Positions 26,391 through 41,724 of a DNA stretch of 64,000 nt are shown one piece after another. The position numbers and the translations under genes are program-made. The stretch's first letter is position 1, and each line of letters opens with the position of its first letter. Origin of the DNA: Octopus vulgaris. Its lineage: Eukaryota. Under the pieces are notes generated by a model. That model saw only the letters and a list, made by a program, of their open reading frames with translations. It did not search any database and had not been told where the DNA came from. The stretch covers positions 199,268,001 to 199,332,000 of the forward strand of contig OX597815.1 of NCBI GenBank assembly GCA_951406725.2, given 5' to 3'.

Positions 26391-26759
26391 CCCTAACATT
26401 AACATATAATTTAGAGACAAATAACACGTGTCTCAACATAATATGTTATAATTTTTCAAATTCACCGCGCAATCCTGACAACATCATCGAAATCACATCC
26501 ACGCCATGCACAGATAAATCCGCAAAAGCAACTCCATCCCCACCTCCACCACCACCACTACCACGTACCTCTACAAAATTAAACACTCACAAGGGCAGTA
26601 CTAGTACACAGACACACAAACACATCAACAAAAACATCCATCCCAAACCTAGTGCTAAGAAGCACTAATGAAACAAACTAATGTTCATAGCACAAATAAA
26701 GAACATTGAAATACAGGGAGACGTCTTCGAGTCCTGCAATTTCAAAGTACAAAAAAATA

Positions 26760-27015
26760 TTCTTTTCTGCTCTATGCACAAGGTCCGAAATTTTGGTGGA
26801 GAGAGCTAGTCGATTATATCGACCCTAGTACGCAATTGGTATTTAATTTCTCGACTCCGAAAGGATGAAAGGAAAAGTCGACCTCGGCGGAATTTGAACT
26901 CAGAAAGTAAAAGCAGACGAAATACTGCCAAGCATTTCGCCCGGCGTGCCAACGTTTCTTATTTCTTTATTGCTCACAGGGGGCTAACCATAGAGGGGAC
27001 AAACAAGGACAGACA
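26760..27015 (-). mobile_element. SINE family D (MetaSINE/MESC-like CCTTTCATCCTTTCGGGGTCGA domain), partial dimer
   Basis: Homology to 31759-32175. Confidence 0.8.
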
Positions 27016-27279
27016 TGAAATCTGCAATACCGCCATAACTACCGTCTCGGTTATAATCTTGGAGTCCTAAGTAATCCGTTACAACACTTACCTAGCGTAC
27101 CTAATCGTTTAGATCACCTGTGAACTAAACCTTCATACTTCGTATATATATATATATAAATATATAAAACTTATAAATAAGGGCAAACGAAAAACTTTCT
27201 AATGCCAAATATTGTCCATTACCATATAATTTATCACAATACGCACGCTACTCGAAAAAAAGCCGACAGAAATTTCTTT

Positions 27280-27484
27280 AAAATTCCATTATTACCATAT
27301 CGGACCGATTTCAGGGTTAGTTCGTAAGAACCCTCCCTTCGTCAGTGATAAATGTGGCAAAGAAATAAATGAGATACTATGGGTAAGTATCTCATTTATT
27401 TCTTTGCCACATTTATCACTGACGAAGGGAGGGTTCTTACGAACTAACCCTGAAATCGGTCCAATATGGTAATAATGGAATTTT
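27280..27484. repeat. 99-bp-arm palindrome (7-nt loop, 1 mismatch) with a hammerhead motif on each strand; probably a Penelope-like inverted terminus
   Basis: Arms 27280-27378 and 27386-27484; UAUCA-CUGACGA-AGGG...CCCU-GAAAUCGGUC|C(G/A)AUA at 27414-27466 (+) and 27298-27350 (-). Confidence 0.85.
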
Positions 27485-27517
27485 TTTTTCGAAAAAAATG
27501 TTATCCTACATTAAATA

Positions 27518-27553
<36 letters not shown>

Positions 27554-28769
27554 TGTATGTATGTATGATGCTAGATATATATACGTGCCCATATACACAT
27601 TTACAGGAATATTTTTGCATGCGTAGATACATACCCTTGTGTACCAAATAGTATACGTATACTAATTTAAATTTCCGTTCAGGAAGTTCATTTATTTCCC
27701 CTTTTTAACGAATGAATGGGAGATCTAGAATGTGGTGGTTCAACCAGCTAAAAGGACCAGCCAAATCTGTCTTAATTTACACCGAATTATCTTAATAGGG
27801 AACCGCCACTTTGGGTAATATAGTCTTGCATATAGGATGTTCAATGTTCGAATGCCTTTGAACGTAAGGCTATTCGATCAGGGCTAACCTGGGACTAAAA
27901 AATGACAATACAAACATCCAAACTTCATTATTTTTAATTTTCTAATTTCTTTTTTCCTACACGTATTCATATTTGTATGAGTAGGAGCGCATCTAAACGA
28001 AAATTTATTTTGTTATTTGGAATTTTTAATATCGATTTTCATTCATTTCTGAAGACTGTTCAGTTTATTATCTGAATATTGATGAGAACACAGCAGAAAT
28101 GCGTGTTTATAATAAGAAGTAAAGCCTTCAAAAAATAATCCTTTTAGTTTAAGCATCATATTTAAATCTTTTGTAATTATAAAACTAAAACGGCACAAAA
28201 CGCCTTCATAAAAGCCATTCAACTTAACGACCTTTACGTGAAAATAATAGAATTCCTGTTTGCAAAAGAATTACTGGAACCATTACAAAACGAAAAAAAA
28301 AATCTATTGGGACATGCCAGCACCTCATCAATTTCATTTGTTGCAGAGATTCTACAACGAAATATCACAAGAGCTTTGCACAATTTTGGCATTGCAGAAG
28401 CTATTAAGAAAATCTCTAAAAACATTACAGACCAGTAATGAAATTTATTGAATGTAATCTCTCCGTTATTTAAAACATAGATATAGGGTGATTAACGCAT
28501 AGGAAAAACAAAAGAAGTTCCATTTTATATTTATTATATAATTATATAGAAATCCAAGTTTGTGATACGCTGAGAAGAGGGTGCGTTAAATCTGGCCATA
28601 TTTTGAGAAAACATTAAAGAACAAGCTCCCAACACAGTTTGCAAAAATCAAGGGCTTCCTTCTTGCAGATCACTATAATCACAGACAAACACGTACACAT
28701 ATGCACACACACACACACACACTCACACACACACACACACACACACTCCTTCCCCATATATATATTCCC

Positions 28770-28952
28770 TTTTACTCTTTTACTTGTTTCAGTCATTTGA
28801 CTGCGGCCATGCTGGAACACCGCCTTTAGTCGAGAAAATCGACCCCAGGACTTATTCTATCGGTATCTTTTGCCGAGCCGCTAGGTCACGGGAACGTAAA
28901 CACACCAGCATCTGTTGTCAAGCGATGTTGGGGGACAAACACAGACGCACAA

Positions 28953-29023
<71 letters not shown>

Positions 29024-29158
29024 TACGACGGGCTTCTTTCAGTTTCTGTCTACCAAATCCACTCACGAGACTTTGGTCGGCCCGAGGCTATAGTAGAAGA
29101 CACTTGCCCAAGGTTCCACGCAGTGGGACTGAACCCGGAACCATGTGGTTGGTAAGCA
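28770..29158 (-). mobile_element. SINE family A
   Basis: Family homology. Confidence 0.9.
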
Positions 29159-29314
29159 AATAAATTAGGGTACCGAAATACCAGCTTGCTAGAAATAGGA
29201 GTCGACACTCCGAATCCGCAAATTTCTCACCATTAAGAAATTTGCTGGCCACTTTATTACTTTTTATTGTCATTAAATTGTGTGTGTCCGTGTGTGTGCG
29301 TGCGAGTGTGTGTT

Positions 29315-29351
<37 letters not shown>

Positions 29352-30065
29352 AGGGAGAGAGAGAGAGAGAGAGGGAGCTGTGAGGTTGAAAGTAGAGACG
29401 CTAATCTAAGACGCAAAAATACAGAGGATAAATTTATCAGCCAATTTTACCAGTTCAGCCTCCCACTCGTAATGTATTAAATCAAAATCGGATGTGTTTT
29501 ATTTTCATGGTTATCATTTTCTTCCTTTGCTTTTCCTTTTTCTTTTTTTTTTTTTTTTTCCTTTTTTTGCCTTCTTATCTTTTATTGTTTGTCTGCTTTG
29601 TTACGTGAATACATCAGAGGTGGTTTGTTTTTGTTTTTTTTATTTTGCTTTGGGGTTTTTTTTTAGTTTTTTATTTATTTATTTATTTATTTTTTCCTAG
29701 ATTGGATATAGAAAGTAATTTTATATCTTGTCACAACAGATGTATGATGAATTGTGACATTTATACCGAAATACTGTTTGCAGATGTTACGCTTCCAAAA
29801 CAAAACTAAAAGAACAAAAAAGCCAAATAAAAGGAAACAACCTTACTAAACCACCTGAGCGATACATGTCTGGTAATCCTAGTCTAGCAGTATCTTACAA
29901 AACCGTTTCTATCAACCATGCTCCTTACTGTTAAACCCCGATCTCCGCTTCCAACAAATCAATATTCTTACCTATAAGTGTTTGCCGTACAGTACTATAG
30001 ACTTACAAATTACCGGTGCATTCTCATTTCTGTTTCAATATTACACTGTAATGCTAAAAATTACG

Positions 30066-30192
30066 AACCATATGGTTCTGGGTTCAGTCCCACTCAGTGG
30101 CACCTTGGGCAAGTGTCTTCTACTATAGCCTCCGGCCGACCAAGGCCTTGTGAGTGGAATTGGTAGACGGAACTGAAAGAAGCCCGTCGTCT
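30066..30192 (+). mobile_element. SINE family A 5' half, running into (TA)n
   Basis: Family homology. Confidence 0.85.
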
Positions 30193-30197
30193 ATATG

Positions 30198-30367
<170 letters not shown>

Positions 30368-30376
30368 GTATGTATG

Positions 30377-30450
<74 letters not shown>

Positions 30451-30456
30451 GTATAT

Positions 30457-31054
<598 letters not shown>

Positions 31055-31758
31055 TGAGTTCGATGTTGTCTGCAGCTTAGTCTTGATAACTCCAGCAACG
31101 ACACTGGCGTCCATCTCCATCGGCCCGTTCTTTTTCCATTCTTTGTCATCTTTTGGTCAGGACTAGAGGTTGTACCCATGATACCTACACTGGGCTTTTG
31201 TAATTGGTGAGAGGACGGAAGAATGTTTTCAAATCGGTGACCCTACCCGAGTGTCAGTTAAAGACATCTAAAGTACCGTGGAGTGGTGTTGAATCCGACT
31301 GCGGATTACGTATACCAATAAATAGTCGACCGTCTTGGACCAGAATTAAGGATGCAGGCGGAAGAAAATACCGCCAGGCGTCTGGTCCGACATTCTTATA
31401 ATTTCGCCAATCAACCTCCCATGATTGGTCTTTTTTAACTAAGCCCAAAAGGATGAAAGACAAATCTAACCTCGGCGGAATTTGAACTAGATGCCAAGTG
31501 CGTGAGAATAAACACAGAAAGACAAGCTGTCCGACGCTCTATCAGATTAGTCAGTTAACAGCCTCTCTTTAAACGACATCAGTGGTGTAGAGAGGAGAAA
31601 TACGCATTACAGACAACTGTTTCTCACCCATAACAGCTTACCCAAGCTTATTTCTTGGAGAAGATACTCCACCGCTGTCGTGCCACTCTCTGCCAATGCA
31701 GACTTAACCAAGGCTTTCCACGTGCAAATACACAACCTTACAGAAATTAAAGCTACCG

Positions 31759-32175
31759 AAGGCGGCGAGCTGGCAGAAACGTTAGCACATCGGGCGAAAT
31801 GCGTAGCCGTATTTCGTCTGCCGTTACGTTCTGAGTTCAAATTCCGCCGAGGTCGACTTTGCCTTTCATCCTTTCGGGGTCGATTAAATAAGTACCAGTT
31901 ACGCACTGGGGTCGATATAATCGACTTGATCCGTTTGTCTGTCCTTGTTTGTCCTCTCTGTGTGTAGCCCCTTGTGGGTAGTAAAGAAATAGGTATTTCG
32001 TCTGCCTCTACGTTCTGAGTTCAAATTCCGCTAAGGTCGACTTTGCCTTTCATCCGTTCGGGGTCGATTAAATAAGTACCAGTTACGCCCTGGGGTCGAT
32101 GTAATCGACTTAATCCCCTTGTCTGTCTTTGTTCGTCGCCTCTGTGTGTAGCCCCTTGTGGGTAGTAAAGAAATA
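31759..32175 (+). mobile_element. SINE family D with internal tandem duplication of its body
   Basis: Head GGCGGCGAGCTGGCAGAAACGTTAGC, B-box GAGTTCAAATTC; body repeated from 31993; TSD AGAAATTAAAGMTAC. Confidence 0.9.
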
Positions 32176-32334
32176 AGAAATTAAAGATACACATAAAAAT
32201 ACGGGAAGGCTACAGTTGGAATGTTTCTTTTAGTAAAGGATTTTTTCGATCGGGATTGACCCCAGGTTAAGCAACAACAGCAACAAGTTACTACTAGTCA
32301 ACAGTTTAAGATAAATGTTTCACTTTCATTAGTC

Positions 32335-32388
<54 letters not shown>

Positions 32389-33411
32389 AAGATAAAGGAA
32401 TTGCATCACGACGCGAGATATTAATTCTGATTTAATTATAAAGAAAAGCCAATCTGGAGTACCCTCGCTGATACTTCGCGATCAATTCAAAGAATTCATG
32501 ACTGTTTTGTTTGGATTAGCTATTAATTTATTTTCGATAACACCATGTATCACCGCATGGGAACTTGGACTCTGCTTTAAAATTATAATTATTTCTCTGT
32601 GAAACTTTAATTAGTATGGAGACTGCAAACGAATAAACAAACAAATAAAAGCAGTAAACATAAATAAATAAATAATAATGAGAAAGAAGAAAAAATTCCC
32701 ATCATCATCGGAATCAGTATTACCATTATCATCATTTTTTATAATAGAAAAAAAAATTAGTTTGAAAAGAATAAAAGAAATTTCTTTAAAAAGCAGATTC
32801 TTGCTTGATAGATCTCGCCATTGGGAGTAATCTGTTAGCGATTAAATGACGCAGAGTGTTTTTGTACCGTTTTTGGATTGGAATATAGTTCACTTAGAAT
32901 GTGTTGACCGCCTCATTCTCCTGATGTCACAGGATGCTAATGACTGGTGGAAGGATCCTTCATTAAATTTCAAATTTCATACTGTTTTCTATAAAAATGC
33001 AAAACACGAAAAAAAAAAAATAAACGTTTGATTTCTTTTTTCTTTGCTTTTATTTGATTTTTATTCTATTTATTTTTTTTTTTGTCAAATTTAAAATTAA
33101 GATTTAAAAAATAATAACAAGAGCTAGCAAAAATAAACACAATATTTAAAAATTACAATAAGAATGATTAAAGAATATCAAATCAAAAAAAAAAAATTAT
33201 TTCAGTGTTGAAAATTAAAAAAAAATAATATAAAATGAAAGCAAAATAATAAATAGTTTTGTTTAAATGTTTAATGAAGATTCTTCTCAAATATTATCAA
33301 TCTAAGGTCATCGTGAAATTAGTTGTAAACGAGTAAAATAGAAATACGATACACCAAAGCGGGTGGGGGGGGCGACGTACAATGCTGGGATCTAAAAGGG
33401 AAATACTATAG

Positions 33412-33796
<385 letters not shown>

Positions 33797-34010
33797 AGGC
33801 GGTGAGCTAGCAGAATCGTTCGTGCGTTGAATGAAATGCTTAGAGGTATTTCGCCCGTCGCTCTGTTCTGAGTTCAAATTCTGCCGAGGTCAGCTTCGCC
33901 TTTCATCCTTTCGGGGTCGATAAAAATAAGTATCAGTTGAATACTGGGGGTCGATGTAATCGACTCATTTCCGTCACCAAAATTGCTGCTCCTGTGGCAA
34001 AATTTGAAAT
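33797..34010 (+). mobile_element. SINE family D monomer in (TAA)n
   Basis: Family homology. Confidence 0.85.
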
Positions 34011-34059
34011 TATCATTATTATTATTATTATTATTATTATCATTATTATTATTATTATA

Positions 34060-34104
<45 letters not shown>

Positions 34105-34192
34105 GTTGTTGTTGTTGTTATTATTATTATTATTAATATTATTATTATTATTATCATTATTATTATTATTATTGTTATTATTATTATTATTA

Positions 34193-34280
<88 letters not shown>

Positions 34281-34284
34281 CATC

Positions 34285-34710
34285 TTAGGTAGTGGGTAGC
34301 GATTTTCTTCACTACTTCAAGGAGTGACAACCCTGCCCGACACGAGTCCCGGGCTCAGCTGGCTCCGGCTGGCAGTACCCGGTATGGGCCCCTATCCAGG
34401 ATTAAAGAACGGAGTCAACCTTCAAAGCAAACCGGAGTGGAGCCCGTAGGCGGTTTAGTGTTTGACTCGACACTCTTCCGGCAGCTCCTGCAACCAAGCT
34501 GGTGCCAAGCGTAATGCTCTGCACTCTTTTGGACTACGTCAGCAAGGTCGAGAGAGGAATCCTGACGATTGGGCTACCCAGGATTTTCTTACATCTAACC
34601 CAGTCCTGCGCAAAACTGGAGAGGAAACTCAAGAGGACATGAAATGTAAAAACCAGACTGCATTAGTTTATGCGCAACTCCATTGTCTCCCGAGACAAAA
34701 GGATGCCAAC
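34285..34710 (+). mobile_element. GC-richer repeat resembling an RTE-type 5' UTR or non-autonomous RTE derivative, with (CAA)n tail
   Basis: Sharp GC rise inside (ATT)n; GGCAGCTCCTGCAACCAAGCTGGTGCCAA motif; family assignment is inference. Confidence 0.45.
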
Positions 34711-34736
34711 AACAACAACAATATTATTATTATTAA

Positions 34737-34950
34737 ATGCGGTGAGCTGTCAGAATCGTTAGTGAGCTGGACGAAGTGCTTAAGCGACATTTCACCCGTC
34801 GCTACGTTCTGAGTTCACATTCCGCTGAGATCGACTTTGCTTTTCATCCTTTCAAAGTCGATAAAATAACCATCAGTTGAACACTGGGGTTGATGTAATC
34901 GACTCATCCCCGCCCTTAAAATTGCTGCCCTTGTGGCAAAATTTGAAGCC
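34737..34950 (+). mobile_element. SINE family D monomer
   Basis: Family homology. Confidence 0.85.
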
Positions 34951-34966
34951 ATTATTATAATTATTA

Positions 34967-35453
34967 TTCAATAGTTTTATTTTTATAACGTGCTTTCACT
35001 TCACTACCGAGTGCAGCTCTGTGTGCCTTGGATATGTGCTGTGGTTTGTTTTGATGCTCTGATGGTTACAGTATTGAAAGTGTTTTGCGTAGGATGTGTG
35101 CAGTGCCCAGTTGTGCAATTTTCGGTATGTTATATATATTTGTAAGTCCTGGTGTTTTGTTATGTATTTGTCTGAATACTTTTTCATCATACAGAATGCG
35201 CCTACTACGATAGGAATTGTTTCGGTTTTTAGATTCCACATTCGAGTTACCTCTATTTCCAGGTCTTTGTATTTTGTAAGTTTCTCCATTTCTTTGAGAG
35301 TCACGCTGTCATCTGCTGTATTGATACATCAATTAGAAAGTAATTATTTTCTTCATGATCTCTGACAAATGTATCTGGCCTATTGACCATAATTTCTCTA
35401 TCTGTGTGTATTGGCATATCCCAGAGTATGGTTGCTTTCTCGCTTTTGTGACA
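34967..35453 (-). mobile_element. R4/Dong-type LINE 3' fragment (REL domain) in (TAA)n
   Basis: TILWDMPIHTDREI..NRPD...LIDVSI...KEMEKLTKYKDLEIEVTRMWNLKTETIPIVVGA. Confidence 0.88.
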
Positions 35454-35497
<44 letters not shown>

Positions 35498-36163
35498 GAA
35501 AGTAGTGAGCTAGAAGAATGATTAACGCGGTCTCTTCTGCCGAACCGCTAGGTTACGGGGGAGCAAACAGACCAGCACCGGCCGTGAAGCGGTGATAATG
35601 ATGATGATGATGATGATAACGGAAACAACGTCGAGGTCGATGATGTGGAAGAGGACGATGACGGTGATGGTATAGTTGATGAGACTTCTGATGATAATGA
35701 TGATCATGAGGAGGAGGAGGGTGAAGAAGAAGAAGAAAAGGAGACAGGAAACGAAAATGAGGAAGAAGTGAAAGGAGAGTAAGAAGAGATAGTGGAGGAA
35801 GATGAGGAAGCGGAGCAGAAGGAGGAGGAGGAGGAGGAGGAGGAGAAGAAGAAGAAGAAGAAGAAGAAGAAGAAGAAGAAAGAAGGGAACGAGGAGAATG
35901 AGGAAGCAGAGGAGTACATAAAGGAGGAAGAAGGAGAAGAAGGGGAAGAGGAGGACGAGAAGGAGTAAGAGAGGGTCGGGGAGGAGGACCAGTACGAGGA
36001 TGAAGACGACGACGATGACAACGGCCACGACCACGACCACGACGAAGATGGCGACTGTATTGTGGTTTATTATGATAATAACAAAATGTTTAGAATTAAA
36101 GCTTATTTCGTTTCTGATGTTCCTGCTGTTGCTGCTCTTCTTTTCCCCTTCATCTTCTTCTTC

Positions 36164-36240
<77 letters not shown>

Positions 36241-36536
36241 ATTATTATTATTATCATTATTATTACAGTTAAATTCTATCTTTTTATTGAAAATCTAAAT
36301 ATGTAATCTTGGCCTTTGGCAGTGACAGTCAATTTATGCAAGAACTCTGTTAAAGGTCAATACTATCATGTTAGCAATTTAACAAATCAGAGAAATGAAA
36401 AGAGCGTTGCAAAGATTGCATCATGCATGAATCCTACAGCACTAGCATCACCATTTCTCTTTCCGACTGAGTCAACGATCTTTTCCCTACATCAGCGCCA
36501 CCATTCACTTATAATCTGAATATTTTATCTTCTGGA

Positions 36537-37006
<470 letters not shown>

Positions 37007-38389
37007 TTTTTTTCTGATTCCTGTATTTTTACTGTGTGTTTCCTATACAATTTTTTTTTTTTTAGCTGTTTAAATTGGCTATCATATTCTGAGAATAGCC
37101 TGGTTCAACCATAAATGGTGATTTCAGGGAATAAAAGCAAAAATATATAAATAAATAATCCTGTCTTTAGATTATATAACATATTTTATAAACGTACATA
37201 TTTTTATTCTTTATTAATTCTTTTAGATTTTTTTTCCATATTTTTTAACCATACAATAGGATTGGCTTCAGGTTCAAAATATGTCGCTATCTCCGATATT
37301 ATCCATTTTGTTGCCAAATCTCCTTCACACCAGGGATTTTCCTTTATTTATTTTCATTTTGATATTTTATATTTAAAATATGAAAAAACGCCATCGATAC
37401 ACTTTTTGCCGTCCATTTTGTTTTATTCCTTTTTTGAATAATTTGCATTTTATTCTCTTTATTTTTATTATCTTTTTTTTTCAGTAAGTTTGGATTAAAA
37501 CACTATCCTCTTATTATTATTATTATTTTCTCCCAGTTCTTTCCGTTTTATGTTCAAATTCTACCGAGATTAACCGTTCTTCTAAAGTTTATCAAAGAAT
37601 TAATAGAAAAAATTTCGCATTTTTGGTATCACAGATTCTTCCAAGAAGTTGGAAAGGCACTAAAAAAATATAAGTTAAGCGCTTTGACAAGATGCCAAAA
37701 ATAGACAAATACTGCGGTTTACCGGCTTTTTATTGTATATCAACGTTTGGTAGGATATACAGAATGCTGTTTTGAACTGATACTGCTTATGTCGTTAATA
37801 ACGATATTTTACCTAGCTCTTTGCTTTTCTAACTTATTTGTTGGTAAATTTCTCTAAGCATAAAGTAACTAGTGGTTTTTTGCTGCTGACGACTGTGAAA
37901 GAAGCAGAAATCTAGATTTAGCAATCCCACCGCCAATGCTTGGCGATTTTTGTCAGTTACAGGTATAATTCTGTGCAGTTTAGAACTGTACGCCTTTACG
38001 AGAAGCTTCATCAAGATGAATGCCGCGGTTTTCTGGCTTTCTATAATATATCTACGTTAAGAAAGATATGCAGAATGTTATTTTGAATTAAAACTACTTC
38101 TGTCACAAAGAAAGATTATTAGTAAAAGAAAAACAATATACTGAACAATAGTCACACGATGTTTTTCAACACCAAATTCCTTAAAAAGGCTTGGCAGGGC
38201 ATTCGGAGACAATCTGAGAAATGGTTAGAAAGGATTAAGCGAAGGGAGTACTAGATTTTTCCCTAACACAATACAGCAAGAATATTTCTTGCCTTATTTC
38301 TTTTATATCATATATATCATATACATACATATATATACATACATATATGTATGTATATGTATGTATACGTATATATATATATATACATC

Positions 38390-38799
38390 GCCTATTTTTG
38401 TTTTGGTGTCTTCAAGCCATGAAGTCGTTGTTCTAAAAGAACGCTGGTTTCCTTCACAACGCATTACGACGTTGATTTCTTTACACTCCCTTCCCCACAG
38501 CTTCACGAGGGAGGGAAGGGGAGAAGCAAACAGGTGCAGCTGTGAGCGTGGACGCCAACTCCGCCGCCATCGACACACGATGCATTTTATGCATTAAAAT
38601 GGAATAAAAAATGATGTTAAATTATTTTTAAAATCGTAGACTCATCGTTGACGCGCGCTAATAGTCAGACGGGCTCGATATTAATCACGACTATAAGATA
38701 CCCGAATTTGGTTAAACTGCACCGCAAAATGTGGGAGGAGTTAGGAATCTAAATCGAAGGGGACAGACACTCACACAACTAGAGTTTTATATATATAGA
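38390..38799 (-). mobile_element. Helitron 5' portion, sharing its head with 11857-12252; 3' CTAG end not seen
   Basis: Minus strand A|TCTATATATATAAAA...CGATTTAGATTCCTAACT.CTCCCACATTTTGCGG..CAGTTTAACCAAA. Confidence 0.8.
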
Positions 38800-38911
38800 T
38801 ATATCATATACATACATTTATATACATACATATATGTATGTATATGTATGTATACGTATATATATATATACATCATATATATATATATATATGATATATA
38901 TATATGATATA

Positions 38912-39336
38912 CTCTTTACTCTTTTACTTGTTTCAGTCATTTGACTGCAGCCATGCTGGAGCACCGCCTTTAGTCGAGCAAATTGACCCCGGGACTTATT
39001 CTTTGTAAGCCCAGTACTTATTCTATCGGTCTCTTTTGCCGAACCGCTAAGTGACGGGAACGTAAACACACCAGCATCAGTTGTCAAGCAATGCTAGAGG
39101 GACAAACACAGAGGCACAAACACAGAGGCACAAACATATACACACACATACATATATATACATATATACATATATACGACAGGCTTCTTTCAGTTTCCGT
39201 CTACCAAATCCACTCACAAGGCATTGGTCGTCCCGAGGCTATAGCAGAAAACACTTGCCCAAGGTGCCACGCAGTGGGACTGAACCCGGAACCATGTGGT
39301 TGGTAAGCAAGCTACTTACCACACAGTCACTCCTGC
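38912..39336 (-). mobile_element. SINE family A
   Basis: Family homology. Confidence 0.9.
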
Positions 39337-39473
39337 ATATATATATGCACATTGCTCAGATGGCAATGCAGGTGGGTGGTAGGTTGGATCTTTGAATCCT
39401 CTAGGAACAGAGACACAATACTTCTACTTTGGAGTACCTTTGTCCTCAGTGGTCTTGACAACTGTTGTTGTTG

Positions 39474-39474
<1 letters not shown>

Positions 39475-39561
<87 letters not shown>

Positions 39562-39606
39562 CAGCAGTAGTAGTAGTAGTAGTGGTAGTTGTAGTAGCAG
39601 CAGCAA

Positions 39607-39689
<83 letters not shown>

Positions 39690-39690
39690 A
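39475..39690. repeat. (AGT)n/(AGC)n array
   Basis: Direct reading. Confidence 0.9.
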
Positions 39691-40464
39691 ATATAGTTGC
39701 TTGTACTTTCCAGATGATGTACCGTTTCCCTAATTATCTTCAGCAGCAGCAGCAACATCCATTATTATTACCGTCTTTATCATTAATCTTTCATTTTTTT
39801 TTATCCCCTCACTGTCATCGTCATCATCATCACTGATGTCATTGTTTTCATTGTCGATGTCATTGTCATTATCATTCGCATCATCGTTGTTATCAAATCT
39901 GCCACAGTCGTGGCCAGATACAAAAGGAACGTCACGAGTAAAATTGTGTGTGCAATCCATCGCTCATACACATAAAGGCATGAAAGGCTAAATTTCACTC
40001 ATCTTCAGTTTCGAATTTCAAAAGGTAATCCTCAAAAGAAAAGACGCTCGGATACAAACAAAAAAAAAAAGAATAAAAAAAAAACGAAACAAAAACGAAA
40101 AAATGGACATAAAAGAGTTAATCTGTCAGAAAAACAGAAATTCGTCTTTAATCTTCCACGAATCAATCCAGTGACACGAAAGTAGCTTCTCTGAAGTAAG
40201 GTTAATCTATAGCTTCGGTTTATTGGCTCAAAGTATTAGCATTCAGTCATATTTCAATTTTAACAAAAGCTACGCCCGAGTAATCATTGTTCTTTGTCCT
40301 CCGGCTCCGTCTTGATTCATCAGACTAGAACCAATGTCGTTAAAACTGAATCTATTCATCTTTAAACAAAAAAAAAAGCTGTTGTCTACCTAGGGATATC
40401 TCACCCAAACTATCCAACACAAGTTCGTTTATACTCTCTCATTTGGCTGTCATTTTCAGGCATA

Positions 40465-40866
40465 ATTCTTTTCTACTCTAGGCACAAGGCCCGAAATTTT
40501 GTAAGGAGGGAGCCAGTGAATTAGATCGGCCCCAGTACGCAAATGGTACTTAATTTATCGACCCCGAAAGGATAGAGGGCAAAGTCGACCTCGGCTGAAT
40601 TTGAACTCAGAACGTAAAGACGGACGAAATACCTATTTCTATTACTAACCACAAGGGGCTAAACACAGAGAGGACAAGCAAGGACAGACAAACGGACCAA
40701 GTCGATCATATCGACCCCAGTGCGTAACTGATACTTATTTAATCGACCCCGAAAGGATGAAAGGTAAAGTCGACCTTGGCGGAATTTGAACTCAGAGCGT
40801 TGCGGCAGACGAAATACCGCTAAGTATCTCGCCCGGCGTGCTAACGTTTCTGCCAGCTCACCGCCT
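40465..40866 (-). mobile_element. SINE family D, dimeric
   Basis: Two bodies, head CCAGCTCACCGCC at the right end. Confidence 0.88.
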
Positions 40867-41109
40867 TATTCAGACATTATTCATAACTACCTACAGGTTT
40901 GCACTTTTTGGGAGTCTGCATTTTACGATAAAAAAATGTTTTAAAATGCAGTGAACAAATTTCGAAATTCACCTTTAAATGTCCCTGTACCCGATTTATA
41001 CATATATGTATATATACACACAGAGACAGACAAACAGGCACACACACATACATACACACATATACATATATATACATATATATAAAAGAAATAATTGAGA
41101 TTCACTTGA

Positions 41110-41290
41110 ATCAGTATAGTTCTATATTTAAGAGGTGAGGAATTATATACATAATTTAAATTTGACGGATATTTGTCCTCATCTTGTTTGTTGTTAACAC
41201 GCCGTTTCGGCTGATATATCCTCCAGCCTTCATCAGGTGTCTTGGGGAAATTTCGAACCTGGCTTCTCATTCCTAAGCTATTTCTCTCGT
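41110..41290 (-). mobile_element. Family E HHR tail (hammerhead 41196-41241, cleavage triplet mutated)
   Basis: GACAC-CUGAUGA-A-GGCUG...CAGCC-GAAACGGC-GUGUU. Confidence 0.75.
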
Positions 41291-41419
41291 TGTTGTTGTT
41301 GTTGTTGCTGTATAATTATATGTTAATTATAACAATTAACAAATAATTTGAATGTATAATTTGAGATTTAAATAAATTTTAATGATTGTAAGGGTGTCTA
41401 TTTACTTCTGTCCTGTCTA

Positions 41420-41459
<40 letters not shown>

Positions 41460-41724
41460 TATGTATGTGTGTGTGCCTGTTTGTCTGTCTCTGTGTGTAT
41501 ATATACATATATGTATAAATCGGGTACAGGGACATTTAAAGGTGAATTTCGAAATTTATTCACTGTATTTTAAAACATTCTTTTATCGTAAAATATATAT
41601 ATATATATATAATAATAAATATTAGGGAATAAATCCAAACTTACAGGGAAAAATAAGATTTAGGATTGAATCCAATTTTATAGTAAAATATTATATTATG
41701 TTAAATTAGAGACAAAACCACTAT

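Noticed and set aside
28040-28450. Host exon or ancient DNA-transposase relic (similar AT-rich stretches at 37590-38250, 52680-53100, 58400-59350, 63000-63900)
   Set aside because: Only short suggestive peptides with no continuous frame; needs a translated HMM search
35600-36060. Acidic Glu/Lys-rich coding exon
   Set aside because: Purine-rich trinucleotide low complexity with in-frame stops in the poly-Glu frame
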